A stretch of DNA of 64,000 nt from an uncultured bacterium (lineage in GTDB: Bacteria > Patescibacteriota > Minisyncoccia > Phycocordibacterales > Phycocordibacteraceae). The notes beneath the pieces are model-generated. The model did not search any database. It was given only the letters and a program-made list of their open reading frames with translations, and was not told the DNA's origin. The DNA is taken from the NCBI GenBank assembly GCA_947085505.1, contig CAMTWI010000004.1:1800-65799 (forward strand), read 5' to 3'. The position numbers were made by a program, and so were the translations under genes. This document shows positions 42,578 through 51,939 of the stretch, in pieces (the stretch's first letter is position 1; each line of letters begins with the position of its first letter).

Positions 42578-43351
42578 ATGGGATACACAAAAATTATTCA
42601 GTCAGGAGATCTAATCGAAAAATATGAGTACGAAAAACCTCCGCCCGAGCGTGTGCCTCGAAAGGTTAAGCCGGGGCGTATCGCTCCGTGGTCCGATCAA
42701 CTTACCGAAGAAAGGAGAGCAGATTGCATACACAAGAGACGAATATCAAGCATTAATCGTTGCCGCCAGTCGTTTTTCCGTCTCGTACGAGCGAATCTAC
42801 ACGCGGGCGCTCCCATCCTGCTCACACTCACAATGCTGGATATCGTGGACCTCAGAACTGCATACGCTTGCTACCACGAATTCGGACAAAGGCTGCGTCG
42901 AATTATCGGAAAGAATACTTCTTGGATTGCTGTGCCGGAGTTTCAGAAAAGGGATGCCGTACATTTCCATGTTCTGATCTGGAATCTACCCCATGAATAC
43001 ATTGAAACCGAACCAGACACCCGTCGAATTCAGAATCTCTGGAGAGCCGGTTATGTTGATCTTGTTCAGACAGACGGTTCGCCTAAGCTTGCTACCTACC
43101 TCGCAAAGTACATGTCCAAAGCGATGCAGGACCCTCGGCTCCTGGGACAAAAAGCGTATAGTGCTAGTCGGAATATATTGCGCCCGGTGTCGTTCAACAC
43201 TCAAACGTCGGTTAACACTGCTTGTGAGGTCTGGGGCATAACTGACGAGACAAAGCCAGAGTATGATCGGGAATTCGACACAAAGTGGATGGGGAAATGT
43301 CGCTATACTTCCTATTCTATCCAAAATATAGATAATGCTAAGGACGCATGA
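42578..43351 (+). CDS. HUH-type rolling-circle replication initiator (Rep)
   Basis: 257 aa. AVHFHVLIWN is the HUH motif and ATYLAKYMSK the Y-x-x-K-Y catalytic Tyr motif, as in small ssDNA phage/plasmid Reps. Confidence 0.7.
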   Translation: MGYTKIIQSGDLIEKYEYEKPPPERVPRKVKPGRIAPWSDQLTEERRADCIHKRRISSINRCRQSFFRLVRANLHAGAPILLTLTMLDIVDLRTAYACYHEFGQRLRRIIGKNTSWIAVPEFQKRDAVHFHVLIWNLPHEYIETEPDTRRIQNLWRAGYVDLVQTDGSPKLATYLAKYMSKAMQDPRLLGQKAYSASRNILRPVSFNTQTSVNTACEVWGITDETKPEYDREFDTKWMGKCRYTSYSIQNIDNAKDA

Positions 43352-44811
43352 AATACATTCTCTACTGTCGAAAATCTACGGATAACGAAGATAAGCAAGT
43401 CCTCTCACTCGATTCCCAGAAGATCGAGCTAGAACGTCTTGCTGAGCGTGAAGGTATAGAGATTGTTGCGACACTTACTGAAAGCCGGTCTGCAAAGGAG
43501 CCGGGTCGTCCCGTCTTCAATGAACTTATGCACCGAATCGCATCCGGTGAGGCCGATGCGGTTCTCTGTTGGAAAATAGATCGCCTTACTCGAAATCCTG
43601 TAGACGGTGGACAAATCCAATGGCTTCTCCAAAAAGGTTTGATCAAATCTATTCGGACCTTTGAACGAAGCTACAGCCCTTCTGACAATGTGCTGCTCAT
43701 GAGTATTGAACAGGCAATGGCTACTCAGTACCTTCGGGATCTGTCTGAGAATGTTAAACGCGGGAATAGAACCAAATTGGAACGAGGAGAGTGGCCAAGC
43801 TACGCACCTTTTGGCTACAAGAATGACAGGGTAAACAAAACTATTCTCGTAGATGAGAATCGCGCTCCTTATATTCGTCGGGCGTTTGAGCTATATGCAA
43901 CAGGTGGGTATGGCCTGAACCAAGTGGTAGAGATTCTTTATAGTGAGGGTTTCAGATCAAAGACTGGAGGCAAGGTTTTTAAGAACCAGATACATCATTT
44001 CCTAAATAGCCGTTTTTATATTGGCCTTATGGAAAGACAGGGAAAACTCTACCAGGGGAAGCATGAACCTCTTGTTTCTCAAGCTACGTTTGATCGAGTT
44101 CAAGAAGTGCTGCACGGAAGACTTCGTCCTTGCATGAAAAAGCATTTCTATTCTGCGCGCGGGTTCCTTAAATGCGAACTCTGCGGATGCATGATCACTG
44201 CTACTACCGCTAAGGGCCGGAAGTATTACTACTGCACAAATGGTAAGGGAAATTGCGGGGCCCACAAGAAATACCTAACTGAGGAAAAAACAGATCTTCT
44301 TGTCTCAAAACTCTTTTCCGAACTGGATATGGATGAGGAATTCATATTGCTCTGCGCGCAAGCCTTTCGAGAGGAGCACGGAAGTACCTCAACATATGAG
44401 GATCTACGTCCTGCAACTATCCAAAAGGAACTGGACGCTCTCGCTCTCAAAGAATCTCGCCTTACCGATTCCATGGCCTCTGGGGTCCTCAAAATGGAGC
44501 TGTACGAAGAGAAAATGCGTGAGATCGAGAATGGACGAACAGAACTCAAATCCCAGCTAAAAAGTATCGAAAATGAGAAGGGGGCCAATGCTACTTTCGA
44601 ACAGGTTCTAGATGTGTTTCTAGAAAGCAGTAGAGCCGCCAAACGATATTTGGAGGTTGATGAACAGGAAAAACGAAAGATGCTCGAAAAACTACTTTCG
44701 AACGCCTCTATCCTTGGAGAAGAAACGGCTTACTTTAAGTTTAAAAGTCCTTATCAGGCACTAGCTCTAGCACCTAAAAACAGGGATTTTCAAATGATGC
44801 GGGCCTACTAG
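43348..44811 (+). CDS. Large serine recombinase
   Basis: 487 aa. N-terminal resolvase catalytic domain (ILYCRKSTDNEDKQVLSLDSQ..CWKIDRLTRN), recombinase domain, Cys zinc-ribbon (CELCGC..YYYCTNGKGNC), C-terminal coiled coil. The 3' end overlaps tRNA-Trp. Confidence 0.9.
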   Translation: MKYILYCRKSTDNEDKQVLSLDSQKIELERLAEREGIEIVATLTESRSAKEPGRPVFNELMHRIASGEADAVLCWKIDRLTRNPVDGGQIQWLLQKGLIKSIRTFERSYSPSDNVLLMSIEQAMATQYLRDLSENVKRGNRTKLERGEWPSYAPFGYKNDRVNKTILVDENRAPYIRRAFELYATGGYGLNQVVEILYSEGFRSKTGGKVFKNQIHHFLNSRFYIGLMERQGKLYQGKHEPLVSQATFDRVQEVLHGRLRPCMKKHFYSARGFLKCELCGCMITATTAKGRKYYYCTNGKGNCGAHKKYLTEEKTDLLVSKLFSELDMDEEFILLCAQAFREEHGSTSTYEDLRPATIQKELDALALKESRLTDSMASGVLKMELYEEKMREIENGRTELKSQLKSIENEKGANATFEQVLDVFLESSRAAKRYLEVDEQEKRKMLEKLLSNASILGEETAYFKFKSPYQALALAPKNRDFQMMRAY

Positions 44812-44870
44812 GAATCGAACCTAGGACGTCGGTTTTGGAGACCGAAGTTATACCATTTAACTATAGACCC
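44800..44870 (-). tRNA. tRNA-Trp (CCA)
   Basis: Minus strand: GGGTCTATAGTTAAATGGTATAACTTCGGTCTCCAAAACCGACGTCCTAGGTTCGATTCCTAGTAGGCCCG. Anticodon loop CTCCAAA. Confidence 0.9.
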
Positions 44871-44948
44871 GGTATTGCCCACGATACCAGATACAGGGGT
44901 AGTGGAAAAGAACCCGTAATTAGAGCGTGCGCGGGATACAATCACTCT

Positions 44949-45983
44949 ATGAAAAGGCTCCTAGCCCCGCTCCTCCTTTTGTTCGTGCTCTTCATACCGT
45001 TTGCTGTGAGTGCACAATCGAATCTCCCACTCTTTGATCCGGACTGGCAGCTCGTGCCGGATGCACACAAGATTGATCCAGAGAACTGTCCTGAAGGGTA
45101 TCCTCTTGGATTTGCAGGAGTGTTGCAGCTCATACAAAACGGCATGAACGCGGCGATATCATTCGGCGTTATTATTTTTGTTTTGATTATCGCGGGCGCT
45201 GGTATCCTCTGGATTCTTACCCCAACGAATCCCGAGAATCATTCACAAGCAAAGAAGATTCTCACGAATGCGGTTATTGGTCTCCTGATTATTCTTTCAG
45301 CGTGGCTTATCGTTGATTTCGTTATGAAGCTTCTCTACAACCCTAACGCTCGTAATTTCGGTCCCTGGAATCAAATTCTTACCGGAGGAGACCTCTGCAT
45401 TAAGCCGATGGAGAATCTTCAACCTCTGTTTAGTGGGAATATTTTCTCAGTTCCAGGACGAGGAACTGGTGCCGATAGTGGAGGACCCGCAAGTCTCGGT
45501 AGTGGGTCTTGTTCTCCAACACTCATAAGCAATGCAGCATACATGGGAGGATACCCTCTTACGCAAGCTCAGGCGAATACGTTTTCCTGTCTGGCACAAG
45601 CAGAAAGCTCTTGCGGCACCAATATTTCAGGAGCCAAGACAGTTGATGGAAGACCAACAACTGCACACGGCATGTTCCAGATCGTCATGGGGTATAACGA
45701 CAAGTGTCATAATTTGAATGTTACGGTGTGTTCTTCAGCTGCAAGGAATGCTGGCTGGCGAGGATCAGGGGATTTAAATTGCTCGCAGGCATTTTCAGGA
45801 GGTAGAGTTAAGCAGGGTCAGGAAGAGCTTGCGCGAGTCTGTAGAGCAGCAGCAGCGAATATTGTTTGTAATGTCTCAGCTGCCGCATGCCTTCTTAAGG
45901 AGCGGCCTGATTTCGGCGACTGGACATCGGACCCCCGAAGTACGAGACAGAAAGCATGCATTGCTACCTTTTCTGGCCAATAA
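44949..45983 (+). CDS. Pilin-like (TrbC/VirB2-like) module fused to a lytic-transglycosylase-like domain
   Basis: Start moved to ATG 44949 (signal peptide MKRLLAPLLLLFVLFIPFAVSAQS). Two TM helices with ..ILTNAVIGLLIILSAWLIVDFVMKLLYN. C-terminal CLAQAESSCG...AHGMFQI resembles the SLT E-S...G(L/M)(M/F)Q(I/V) motifs. Confidence 0.6.
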   Translation: MKRLLAPLLLLFVLFIPFAVSAQSNLPLFDPDWQLVPDAHKIDPENCPEGYPLGFAGVLQLIQNGMNAAISFGVIIFVLIIAGAGILWILTPTNPENHSQAKKILTNAVIGLLIILSAWLIVDFVMKLLYNPNARNFGPWNQILTGGDLCIKPMENLQPLFSGNIFSVPGRGTGADSGGPASLGSGSCSPTLISNAAYMGGYPLTQAQANTFSCLAQAESSCGTNISGAKTVDGRPTTAHGMFQIVMGYNDKCHNLNVTVCSSAARNAGWRGSGDLNCSQAFSGGRVKQGQEELARVCRAAAANIVCNVSAAACLLKERPDFGDWTSDPRSTRQKACIATFSGQ

Positions 45984-45986
45984 TAT

Positions 45987-46562
45987 ATGAATATGAACTG
46001 GAAAATAATTCTTGCCTCTATTTTTCTCATACTCGGTCTTGCAACCATACTTATTACTGCATTCTTAATGCTAGATACTTCACCAAGGCAGTCTATCGAA
46101 GAGTCCCCTCAGGTTCTGTTTCCAACGAGCGGGGTGTTCGAGGCTACGGATTCTACAGGGAGACTTACACTAACGGGTGAAAGTGGTGAACCCATAACTG
46201 TAAAAGATTTTATTCGTAACGGTGAGACCGTTACTGACACTGTGAATCCTGGATCTTTCGTACTTGCTGGAAGTGTTGGTTATTGCTTGGAGGACGGATC
46301 ATGTCCTGAGGGTGCAAACACCGATAATTTCTCCATTACCTACAATAACGAGATTCAATCGTTCAATATTGTTCTACTTGCAGAGCCTCTTAGAAGATCC
46401 AGGGAGGCATCTGAGCGCTTTCTCATTGAAAGGCTCGGTCTTTCACAAGAGGATCTATGCAGACTGAACTACAATCTAGGAGTTCCTTATTTCGTAAATG
46501 AGCAATTCGCTGGTCAGAACCTACGGTTTAGTTTCTGCAAGGATGCTATCGTTCTACCATAG
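45987..46562 (+). CDS. Hypothetical membrane-anchored protein
   Basis: 191 aa. N-terminal TM (ILASIFLILGLATILITAFLML). Lies between the two pilin-hydrolase fusions. Confidence 0.5.
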   Translation: MNMNWKIILASIFLILGLATILITAFLMLDTSPRQSIEESPQVLFPTSGVFEATDSTGRLTLTGESGEPITVKDFIRNGETVTDTVNPGSFVLAGSVGYCLEDGSCPEGANTDNFSITYNNEIQSFNIVLLAEPLRRSREASERFLIERLGLSQEDLCRLNYNLGVPYFVNEQFAGQNLRFSFCKDAIVLP

Positions 46563-46566
46563 GTAT

Positions 46567-47481
46567 ATGAAAAGAATATTTTTACTCGTTCTAGGATTCT
46601 CCCTACTTCTACCCCTTTCTGTAGAAGCGCAGTTCGGTCCCATAGTGCCTGAAGTGTGCCGCACGTGCGCGTGTGGATTTGGTGGAGTGCTTGCTATTGT
46701 GCAAAATGTCGTCAATTTCATGATCGGTATAGCGATTATTTTCGCCACTATCATCATGGTATGGGCAGGAGGTCTCTACATACTTTCTGCAGCTAATCCT
46801 GAAAGCCGTAGTACGGCAAACAAAATGCTCATCAATGCGGTTATAGGTCTTCTGATTGTTCTGTCTGCGTGGCTAATTGTCGACTTTGTTATGAAGACGC
46901 TTTATAACAACGGCAGCGAATTCGGTCCATGGAACTCCATCCTGCTTGGTGGTTCAGGAGACAGCTGTGTAGTGGCGAAGCCAACGACACCACTTTTTAG
47001 TGGAAATATCCTTGCTGTGCCTGGAATGGGAACGGGGAGTGAAAACACAGGAGCGAGCGGTACTGTGGAGCTTGCTGGGGGCTGTACGGGTACGGGTACA
47101 AATTCAACGTGCTCTCGTTTGCCAAGTAATGTTGTATGTGAGGCGAGAGGCTGTTATGCAGATGCAGGGTTGGCAGCAGCGCTGGGTAATATCCGCAGCA
47201 GTGTAGGATGGGCTGTTACAGAAGGGTACCCAAAATCTCGATCCCATCGTGCAGCATGTCACTCAAATGGAACATGTGTTGATGTAGGTCTTCGTCCTAG
47301 AAATTACACCATAGAAAATATTATTGCATTTGACACTGCAGCTAAGGCAGCTGGTTTACGACCCGTTTACGAGGAGAAAGAGGACAGAGATTTCGTCGAA
47401 CAACTCAAGAGAAGAGGGGTGAATGCAATTTTCTTAGGCGATCACATTAGTGCTGATCACTTCTCTGTCTACGCTAATTAA
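46567..47481 (+). CDS. Pilin-like module fused to a putative zinc D,D-peptidase (M15/hedgehog-fold-like) domain
   Basis: Start moved to ATG 46567. N-terminal ~130 aa are paralogous to 44949.. (MLINAVIGLLIVLSAWLIVDFVMKTLYN, GPWNSILLGG, PLFSGNI). C-terminal SRSHRAACHSNGTCVDVG ... ADHFSV resembles H-x-x-G-x-x-x-D ... H zinc ligands. Confidence 0.55.
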   Translation: MKRIFLLVLGFSLLLPLSVEAQFGPIVPEVCRTCACGFGGVLAIVQNVVNFMIGIAIIFATIIMVWAGGLYILSAANPESRSTANKMLINAVIGLLIVLSAWLIVDFVMKTLYNNGSEFGPWNSILLGGSGDSCVVAKPTTPLFSGNILAVPGMGTGSENTGASGTVELAGGCTGTGTNSTCSRLPSNVVCEARGCYADAGLAAALGNIRSSVGWAVTEGYPKSRSHRAACHSNGTCVDVGLRPRNYTIENIIAFDTAAKAAGLRPVYEEKEDRDFVEQLKRRGVNAIFLGDHISADHFSVYAN

Positions 47482-48323
47482 TAGTGTTCTTGTCTCAATT
47501 TGCGTAACCACCCTTTTTGGTGTCTGGCGTAATGCCAAACCTTTGTCGAAAGAGAATCAAGAAGCGTGTCCTCACTTCGTTCGTTACGAAGGAATTCTCC
47601 AACGATTTTGTATTCAAGACCGAGCTCGTTGAGGCGCTCGTCTCTCACGTATTCACGTACGCGTTGTACCTCTTCAATGAGACCGTTCTCGAGCGCCCTT
47701 GAAAGACGTGTCCTGATGCGGGATCGAAGTTCGTCTCGCTCTGGGTTGAGAATTACCCACTCAACAGGGAACCGGGCTTCAGTTGCATCGCGTTCAGGTA
47801 CCTTGCCGTGCGTTTCAATTATTTCAAGTGCTCTAACAAGCCTTCGTTTGTTTAAAGGATCAATGCGCTCTGCACGGCGCGGATCCTTAGCGCGTATCTC
47901 TTCCATAAGAGAATCAGTACTGCGCTTTTCAAGTTCTTTTCGAAGATCTGCATTTGGTTCGGTTTCTTCAGGTAGACCATACAGAAGTGCATCAAAGTAG
48001 AAATGGGTGCCACCAGCCAGAATAGGGCGTTTGCCGCGACCGCGGATCTCTTCGATAAGTCGTTCCGCGTCCTTCACAAAGTCTCCAGCACTATAGGTTT
48101 CTTTTGGATCCCGGATGTCGATAAGATGGTGCGGGATGCCATCCATCTCCTCTTTAGAGGTCTTCTCCGTGCCAATATCGAGCATTCGGTATACCTGTCG
48201 GGAGTCGACAGAGATAACTTCGCCGTTAAATTCTTTTGCGAGTGCTACGGCACGCGCAGACTTGCCCGAGGCAGTTGGGCCGGCAACACACAGTATGGGG
48301 GAAGGGTCATCCACGTGGCTCAC
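47478..48323 (-). CDS. miaA: tRNA dimethylallyltransferase
   Basis: 281 aa. VAGPTASGKSARAVALA P-loop, SVDSRQVYRMLDIGTEK, GGTHFYFDALL. Confidence 0.9.
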   Translation of the reverse strand: MSHVDDPSPILCVAGPTASGKSARAVALAKEFNGEVISVDSRQVYRMLDIGTEKTSKEEMDGIPHHLIDIRDPKETYSAGDFVKDAERLIEEIRGRGKRPILAGGTHFYFDALLYGLPEETEPNADLRKELEKRSTDSLMEEIRAKDPRRAERIDPLNKRRLVRALEIIETHGKVPERDATEARFPVEWVILNPERDELRSRIRTRLSRALENGLIEEVQRVREYVRDERLNELGLEYKIVGEFLRNERSEDTLLDSLSTKVWHYARHQKGWLRKLRQEHY

Positions 48324-48367
48324 TGTGGCCAGAATGGTATCATGCCTCTACGTAACGAAACAGCACC

Positions 48368-49030
48368 ATGAACAAGGAACAAAAGAGCAACTATTGCGGC
48401 GAGTGTGGAGATTTCCATGATCCGTTCAATGAATATCGGTCGAGCGTCCGGGTGGGCGAGACGGTGCCTGACTACGAGTTTGAGACCTTCTACAAGGGAG
48501 ATGTGAAGTCCATGAAGTTCTCAGACTTCCGTGGCAAGTGGCTTGTCGTGATGTTTTATCCGGCAGACTTTACCTTCGTGTGCCCGACAGAGCTTGAGGA
48601 GATGGCGCTCTACTATCCAAAACTTCAAGCGATAAACGCTGACGTAGTATCATTCTCGACCGACACTGTCTTCGTGCATAAAGCATGGCACGACACCTCT
48701 GAGGCAATCAAGAAGATAACGTTCCCTATGGGTGCAGATCCGACGGGCAAGATTGCCGACGCGTTCGGTGTTCTTATTGAGGGTGGGGATCTTCCGTTTG
48801 TTCCAGACGAGGGCCTGGCACTCCGTGGTACGTTCATCATCGATCAGACCGGTACCCTCCGTGCTATGGAAGTGAACGACAACAGTATCGGACGTGCAGC
48901 AAAGGAGACATTTCGTAAGCTTCAAGCTGCGCAGTTTGTCGAAAGCAATGCAGGCCAGGTGTGTCCTGCGTCTTGGGAGCCGGGAGACGATACGTTAGAG
49001 CCAGGGATGGATTTGGTTGGAAAGATCTAA
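48368..49030 (+). CDS. 2-Cys peroxiredoxin (AhpC/Prx1 type)
   Basis: 220 aa. FYPADFTFVCPTELE peroxidatic Cys and a resolving Cys in GQVCPASW. Short Cys-containing N-terminal extension. Confidence 0.9.
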   Translation: MNKEQKSNYCGECGDFHDPFNEYRSSVRVGETVPDYEFETFYKGDVKSMKFSDFRGKWLVVMFYPADFTFVCPTELEEMALYYPKLQAINADVVSFSTDTVFVHKAWHDTSEAIKKITFPMGADPTGKIADAFGVLIEGGDLPFVPDEGLALRGTFIIDQTGTLRAMEVNDNSIGRAAKETFRKLQAAQFVESNAGQVCPASWEPGDDTLEPGMDLVGKI

Positions 49031-49035
49031 GCGAA

Positions 49036-49070
49036 AAAAATCGCCCGGACTAAGTGTCCGGGCGATTTTT
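49036..49070. terminator. Bidirectional intrinsic terminator
   Basis: AAAAATCGCCCGGAC-TAAGT-GTCCGGGCGATTTTT. Confidence 0.8.
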
Positions 49071-49076
49071 CATGTG

Positions 49077-49158
49077 TGCCGGGGGAGGGACTCGAACCCT
49101 CGACCTTTGCAGGAGCGGGTTTTGAATCCGCCGCGTATACCAACTCCGCCACCCCGGC
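49077..49158 (-). tRNA. tRNA-Leu (CAA)
   Basis: Minus strand: GCCGGGGTGGCGGAGTTGGTATACGCGGCGGATTCAAAACCCGC + variable arm + CGAGGGTTCGAGTCCCTCCCCCGGCA. Confidence 0.85.
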
Positions 49159-49302
49159 ATGCCGGAGCATCTAGGGGCGTACCCTCCAGATGCCCGAACG
49201 AAAGCTCCGTAGAGCAGGGTGTACCAACGTATCGGTACGAAGAGTATCGTACTTCACAGCTTGCGGTCCTGCAAAGTGAATGGGCGATGATACAATGCAC
49301 TT

Positions 49303-50310
49303 ATGTTTGGGAATAAGACACCAGAAGCGGAATCATTCGCGCAGCCTACGAAGTACGACTCCGTGTACTGGGTGGAGGTGAGTCGTATCGAGCCGAACCC
49401 ATACCAGCCTCGTATCGAGTTTGATGAGGAGCGCTTGAAGGCACTTGCTGAATCAATTCGGCAGTACGGCGTGCTCCAACCGCTTGTGGTGACGCGTAAC
49501 GAGGTTGAGAAGGCTAGTGGCGGCCTCCAGGCCTCCTACCAGCTTATTGCAGGAGAACGACGTCTCCGTGCCTCGAAGCTTATTGGGCTTCGTGAGGTAC
49601 CAGTCGTCATTCGTGCGGGTGAGCAGTCTGACAAGATGAAGCTCGAGCTCGCTATCATCGAGAATCTCCAGCGCGAAGATCTGAACGCTATAGATCGTGC
49701 AAAGGCGCTTGCGCAACTTGCTGAAACATTCGCGATCTCGCACTCAGAGATTGGAGCAAAGATCGGACGCTCTCGCGAGTATGTTTCGAACTCCATTCGT
49801 CTCCTCATGCTTCCCGAAGCTATTCAGATGGCGGTTGTTGGAAAGGAATTGTCCGAAGGACATGCTCGAGCGCTCTTGATGCTTAACGACAAGCCAGAAG
49901 AGCGAGATACACTCTTTAAGGAGATTGTTCTTAAAAAGACGTCAGTGCGTATGGTAGAGCAGATGGCACGACGTCTTGCACAGGATAAGATTCGTAAGCA
50001 CGACAAGACGCCAGAAATGATGGCGCTCGAGAAGTCGTTGACCGAGACGCTCGGCACCCGTGTGCTAATCGAGAGCCGTCCGCAAGGAGGACGCCTTCTC
50101 ATTGAATTCTTCTCGCCGGAGGACCTCTCACATATCGCCGCAATCCTTGCGACACAGGAAGAGGTTGTTATGCAGGAAGCAGATCAGCCTGCAGCAGATG
50201 CAGGAGAGCCAGAGATAGTTGTGAACACCACACAGCTCCCGCCGCTCGAGGCTCCCAAAGCGCCTGTGGTAGAGGAGGACCTCTACTCAGTCCGCAACTT
50301 TACAGTCTAG
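49303..50310 (+). CDS. parB: Chromosome partitioning protein ParB/Spo0J
   Basis: 335 aa. NPYQPRIEFDEERLKALAESIRQYGVLQPLVV, GERRLRA box, HTH region. No parA adjacent in this window. Confidence 0.9.
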   Translation: MFGNKTPEAESFAQPTKYDSVYWVEVSRIEPNPYQPRIEFDEERLKALAESIRQYGVLQPLVVTRNEVEKASGGLQASYQLIAGERRLRASKLIGLREVPVVIRAGEQSDKMKLELAIIENLQREDLNAIDRAKALAQLAETFAISHSEIGAKIGRSREYVSNSIRLLMLPEAIQMAVVGKELSEGHARALLMLNDKPEERDTLFKEIVLKKTSVRMVEQMARRLAQDKIRKHDKTPEMMALEKSLTETLGTRVLIESRPQGGRLLIEFFSPEDLSHIAAILATQEEVVMQEADQPAADAGEPEIVVNTTQLPPLEAPKAPVVEEDLYSVRNFTV

Positions 50311-51903
50311 CTACTTAGATTTCTTCCCACGCTTCTCTTTCTTTGGTTTCGCGCTCTCTGCGTGAGGACGCCCACGGTCACTAGCGTCGAGCGTTGCGCG
50401 AATATGACGCCGTGCCATGCTGGTGCGTGCGTAATCCATCCACTTCGCTGTTGGATGCGCAGATTTTGATTTGAGAATTTCAATGATGTCTCCGTTCCTG
50501 AGCTTTGTATCAAAAGAGACGAGCTTTCCGTTTACCTTCGCTCCCTGCATGTGGTCTCCGAGATCGCTGTGAATGGCATACGCAAAATCAATCGGTGTTG
50601 ATTCGGTTGGAAGATCGATAACGTCTCCTACAGGAGTGAAGACAAAAATGCGGTGCGAGAAGAAATCGCTCTTAAGTCCCTCGACAAATTCATCCGACTC
50701 GACTTCCGCATGCGCTTCCTTAAGATCTGTAAGCCAGCGCGGTATGTCTCCTGCTGCTAGTGCCGCCTTTTGATTCGCGGCAACAGGACGTTTCAGGTTA
50801 AGAAGTGCAGGAACAAGGTCCTTGATCCAAGGAAAGGAAAGTCGCTGGAATGCATTTTTGTTTGCTCCCTTCGCAAGCGACTTGTATGACATGTGCGAGG
50901 CGATCCCAAATTGTGCTCGCTGGTGCATGTCCTTGGTGCGCACTTGCATCTCAACGATACCCGCGTCACCCGTTACAACGGTGGTATGGAGAGACTGGTA
51001 GCCGTTTGGCTTTGGAAAGGATATGTAGTCCTTGAACTCGCCTGGAAGCGGCTTCCAGAGGGCGTGTATAACCCCGAGCACGGCATAACAGTCGTCAACG
51101 GTAGGGACGAGTACACGCAGCGCAGCTATGTCGTGGATACGGGTGATATCGTCACCCTTACGCTTCAGCTTCTGGTGTAAGCTCCACAGTCCTTTTGTGC
51201 GGATAGACGTTGAGAAATCCTTTACTTCCTTTCGCGCAAGCGCGTGACGAAGGTCCTTTTGTACGCGTGCAAGTCCCACCTCCGTCTCTTTGCTCTTGAG
51301 TTTGCGCACCTCAACGGCATGCTGGTACGCGTCAGGATCAATAGCAGGAAATGCAAGGTCCTCAAGTTCTTTCTTAAGAGAACCCATACCAAGACGGTCT
51401 GCAATTGGCGCGAATATCTCCAACGTCTCAAGCGCGATACGTTTCCTTTTCTCCTCGGGCACATGCTCGAGTGTTGTCATGTTGTGATAGCGGTCCGCGA
51501 GCTTGATGATGAGCACGCGTACGTCAGCAGACGTCGCAACAAGGAGTCGTCTCAGTGATTCTGCGTGGCGCTCGCCGCCTTGATACTTGTGTTGGCCAAG
51601 TTTCGTTACGCCTTCCACCAGAAAAAGAACCTCGGCACCCAGTTCCTTTTCAACCTCCTCGGCGGTTATGTCGACATCCTCAATTGCGTCATGAAGAAGA
51701 GCTGCTGCAACGGTTGGGGCGTCCATACCGAGTTCTGCAAGGTGTTTCGCAACGGCCGCGGGATGTATGAAAAAGGGCTCGCCTGAATAGCGGGTATGGT
51801 CCTTGTGAGCGTTCTGGCCAAATGCGTACGCTTTCTCGATAAGCGCCTCGTCCTCGGGGGTGAGGACGCTCATCTGGGCGAGTATTTCCTTAACAGTAGT
51901 CAC
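50311..51903 (-). CDS. rel: Bifunctional (p)ppGpp synthetase/hydrolase (RelA/SpoT homolog)
   Basis: 530 aa. HD hydrolase domain (HPAAVA..LLHDAIEDV), synthetase domain (YQSLHTTV), TGS-like C-terminal part. Short form lacking a long regulatory tail. Confidence 0.9.
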   Translation of the reverse strand: MTTVKEILAQMSVLTPEDEALIEKAYAFGQNAHKDHTRYSGEPFFIHPAAVAKHLAELGMDAPTVAAALLHDAIEDVDITAEEVEKELGAEVLFLVEGVTKLGQHKYQGGERHAESLRRLLVATSADVRVLIIKLADRYHNMTTLEHVPEEKRKRIALETLEIFAPIADRLGMGSLKKELEDLAFPAIDPDAYQHAVEVRKLKSKETEVGLARVQKDLRHALARKEVKDFSTSIRTKGLWSLHQKLKRKGDDITRIHDIAALRVLVPTVDDCYAVLGVIHALWKPLPGEFKDYISFPKPNGYQSLHTTVVTGDAGIVEMQVRTKDMHQRAQFGIASHMSYKSLAKGANKNAFQRLSFPWIKDLVPALLNLKRPVAANQKAALAAGDIPRWLTDLKEAHAEVESDEFVEGLKSDFFSHRIFVFTPVGDVIDLPTESTPIDFAYAIHSDLGDHMQGAKVNGKLVSFDTKLRNGDIIEILKSKSAHPTAKWMDYARTSMARRHIRATLDASDRGRPHAESAKPKKEKRGKKSK

Positions 51904-51939
51904 CGCATAAGGATACTGCCGTAACGAGGATGCAGCAAA

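Larger units (their letters stand above)
38036..44811. mobile_element. Integrated mobile element adjacent to tRNA-Trp (serine recombinase + HUH Rep + nuclease cargo)
   Basis: GC is lower than the flanks. Carries a recombinase, a rolling-circle Rep, an XRE switch and nuclease genes. The recombinase ORF overlaps the tRNA-Trp 3' end by 12 nt. A tRNA-3'-end-like remnant lies at the far edge. The left boundary is approximate. Confidence 0.65.
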
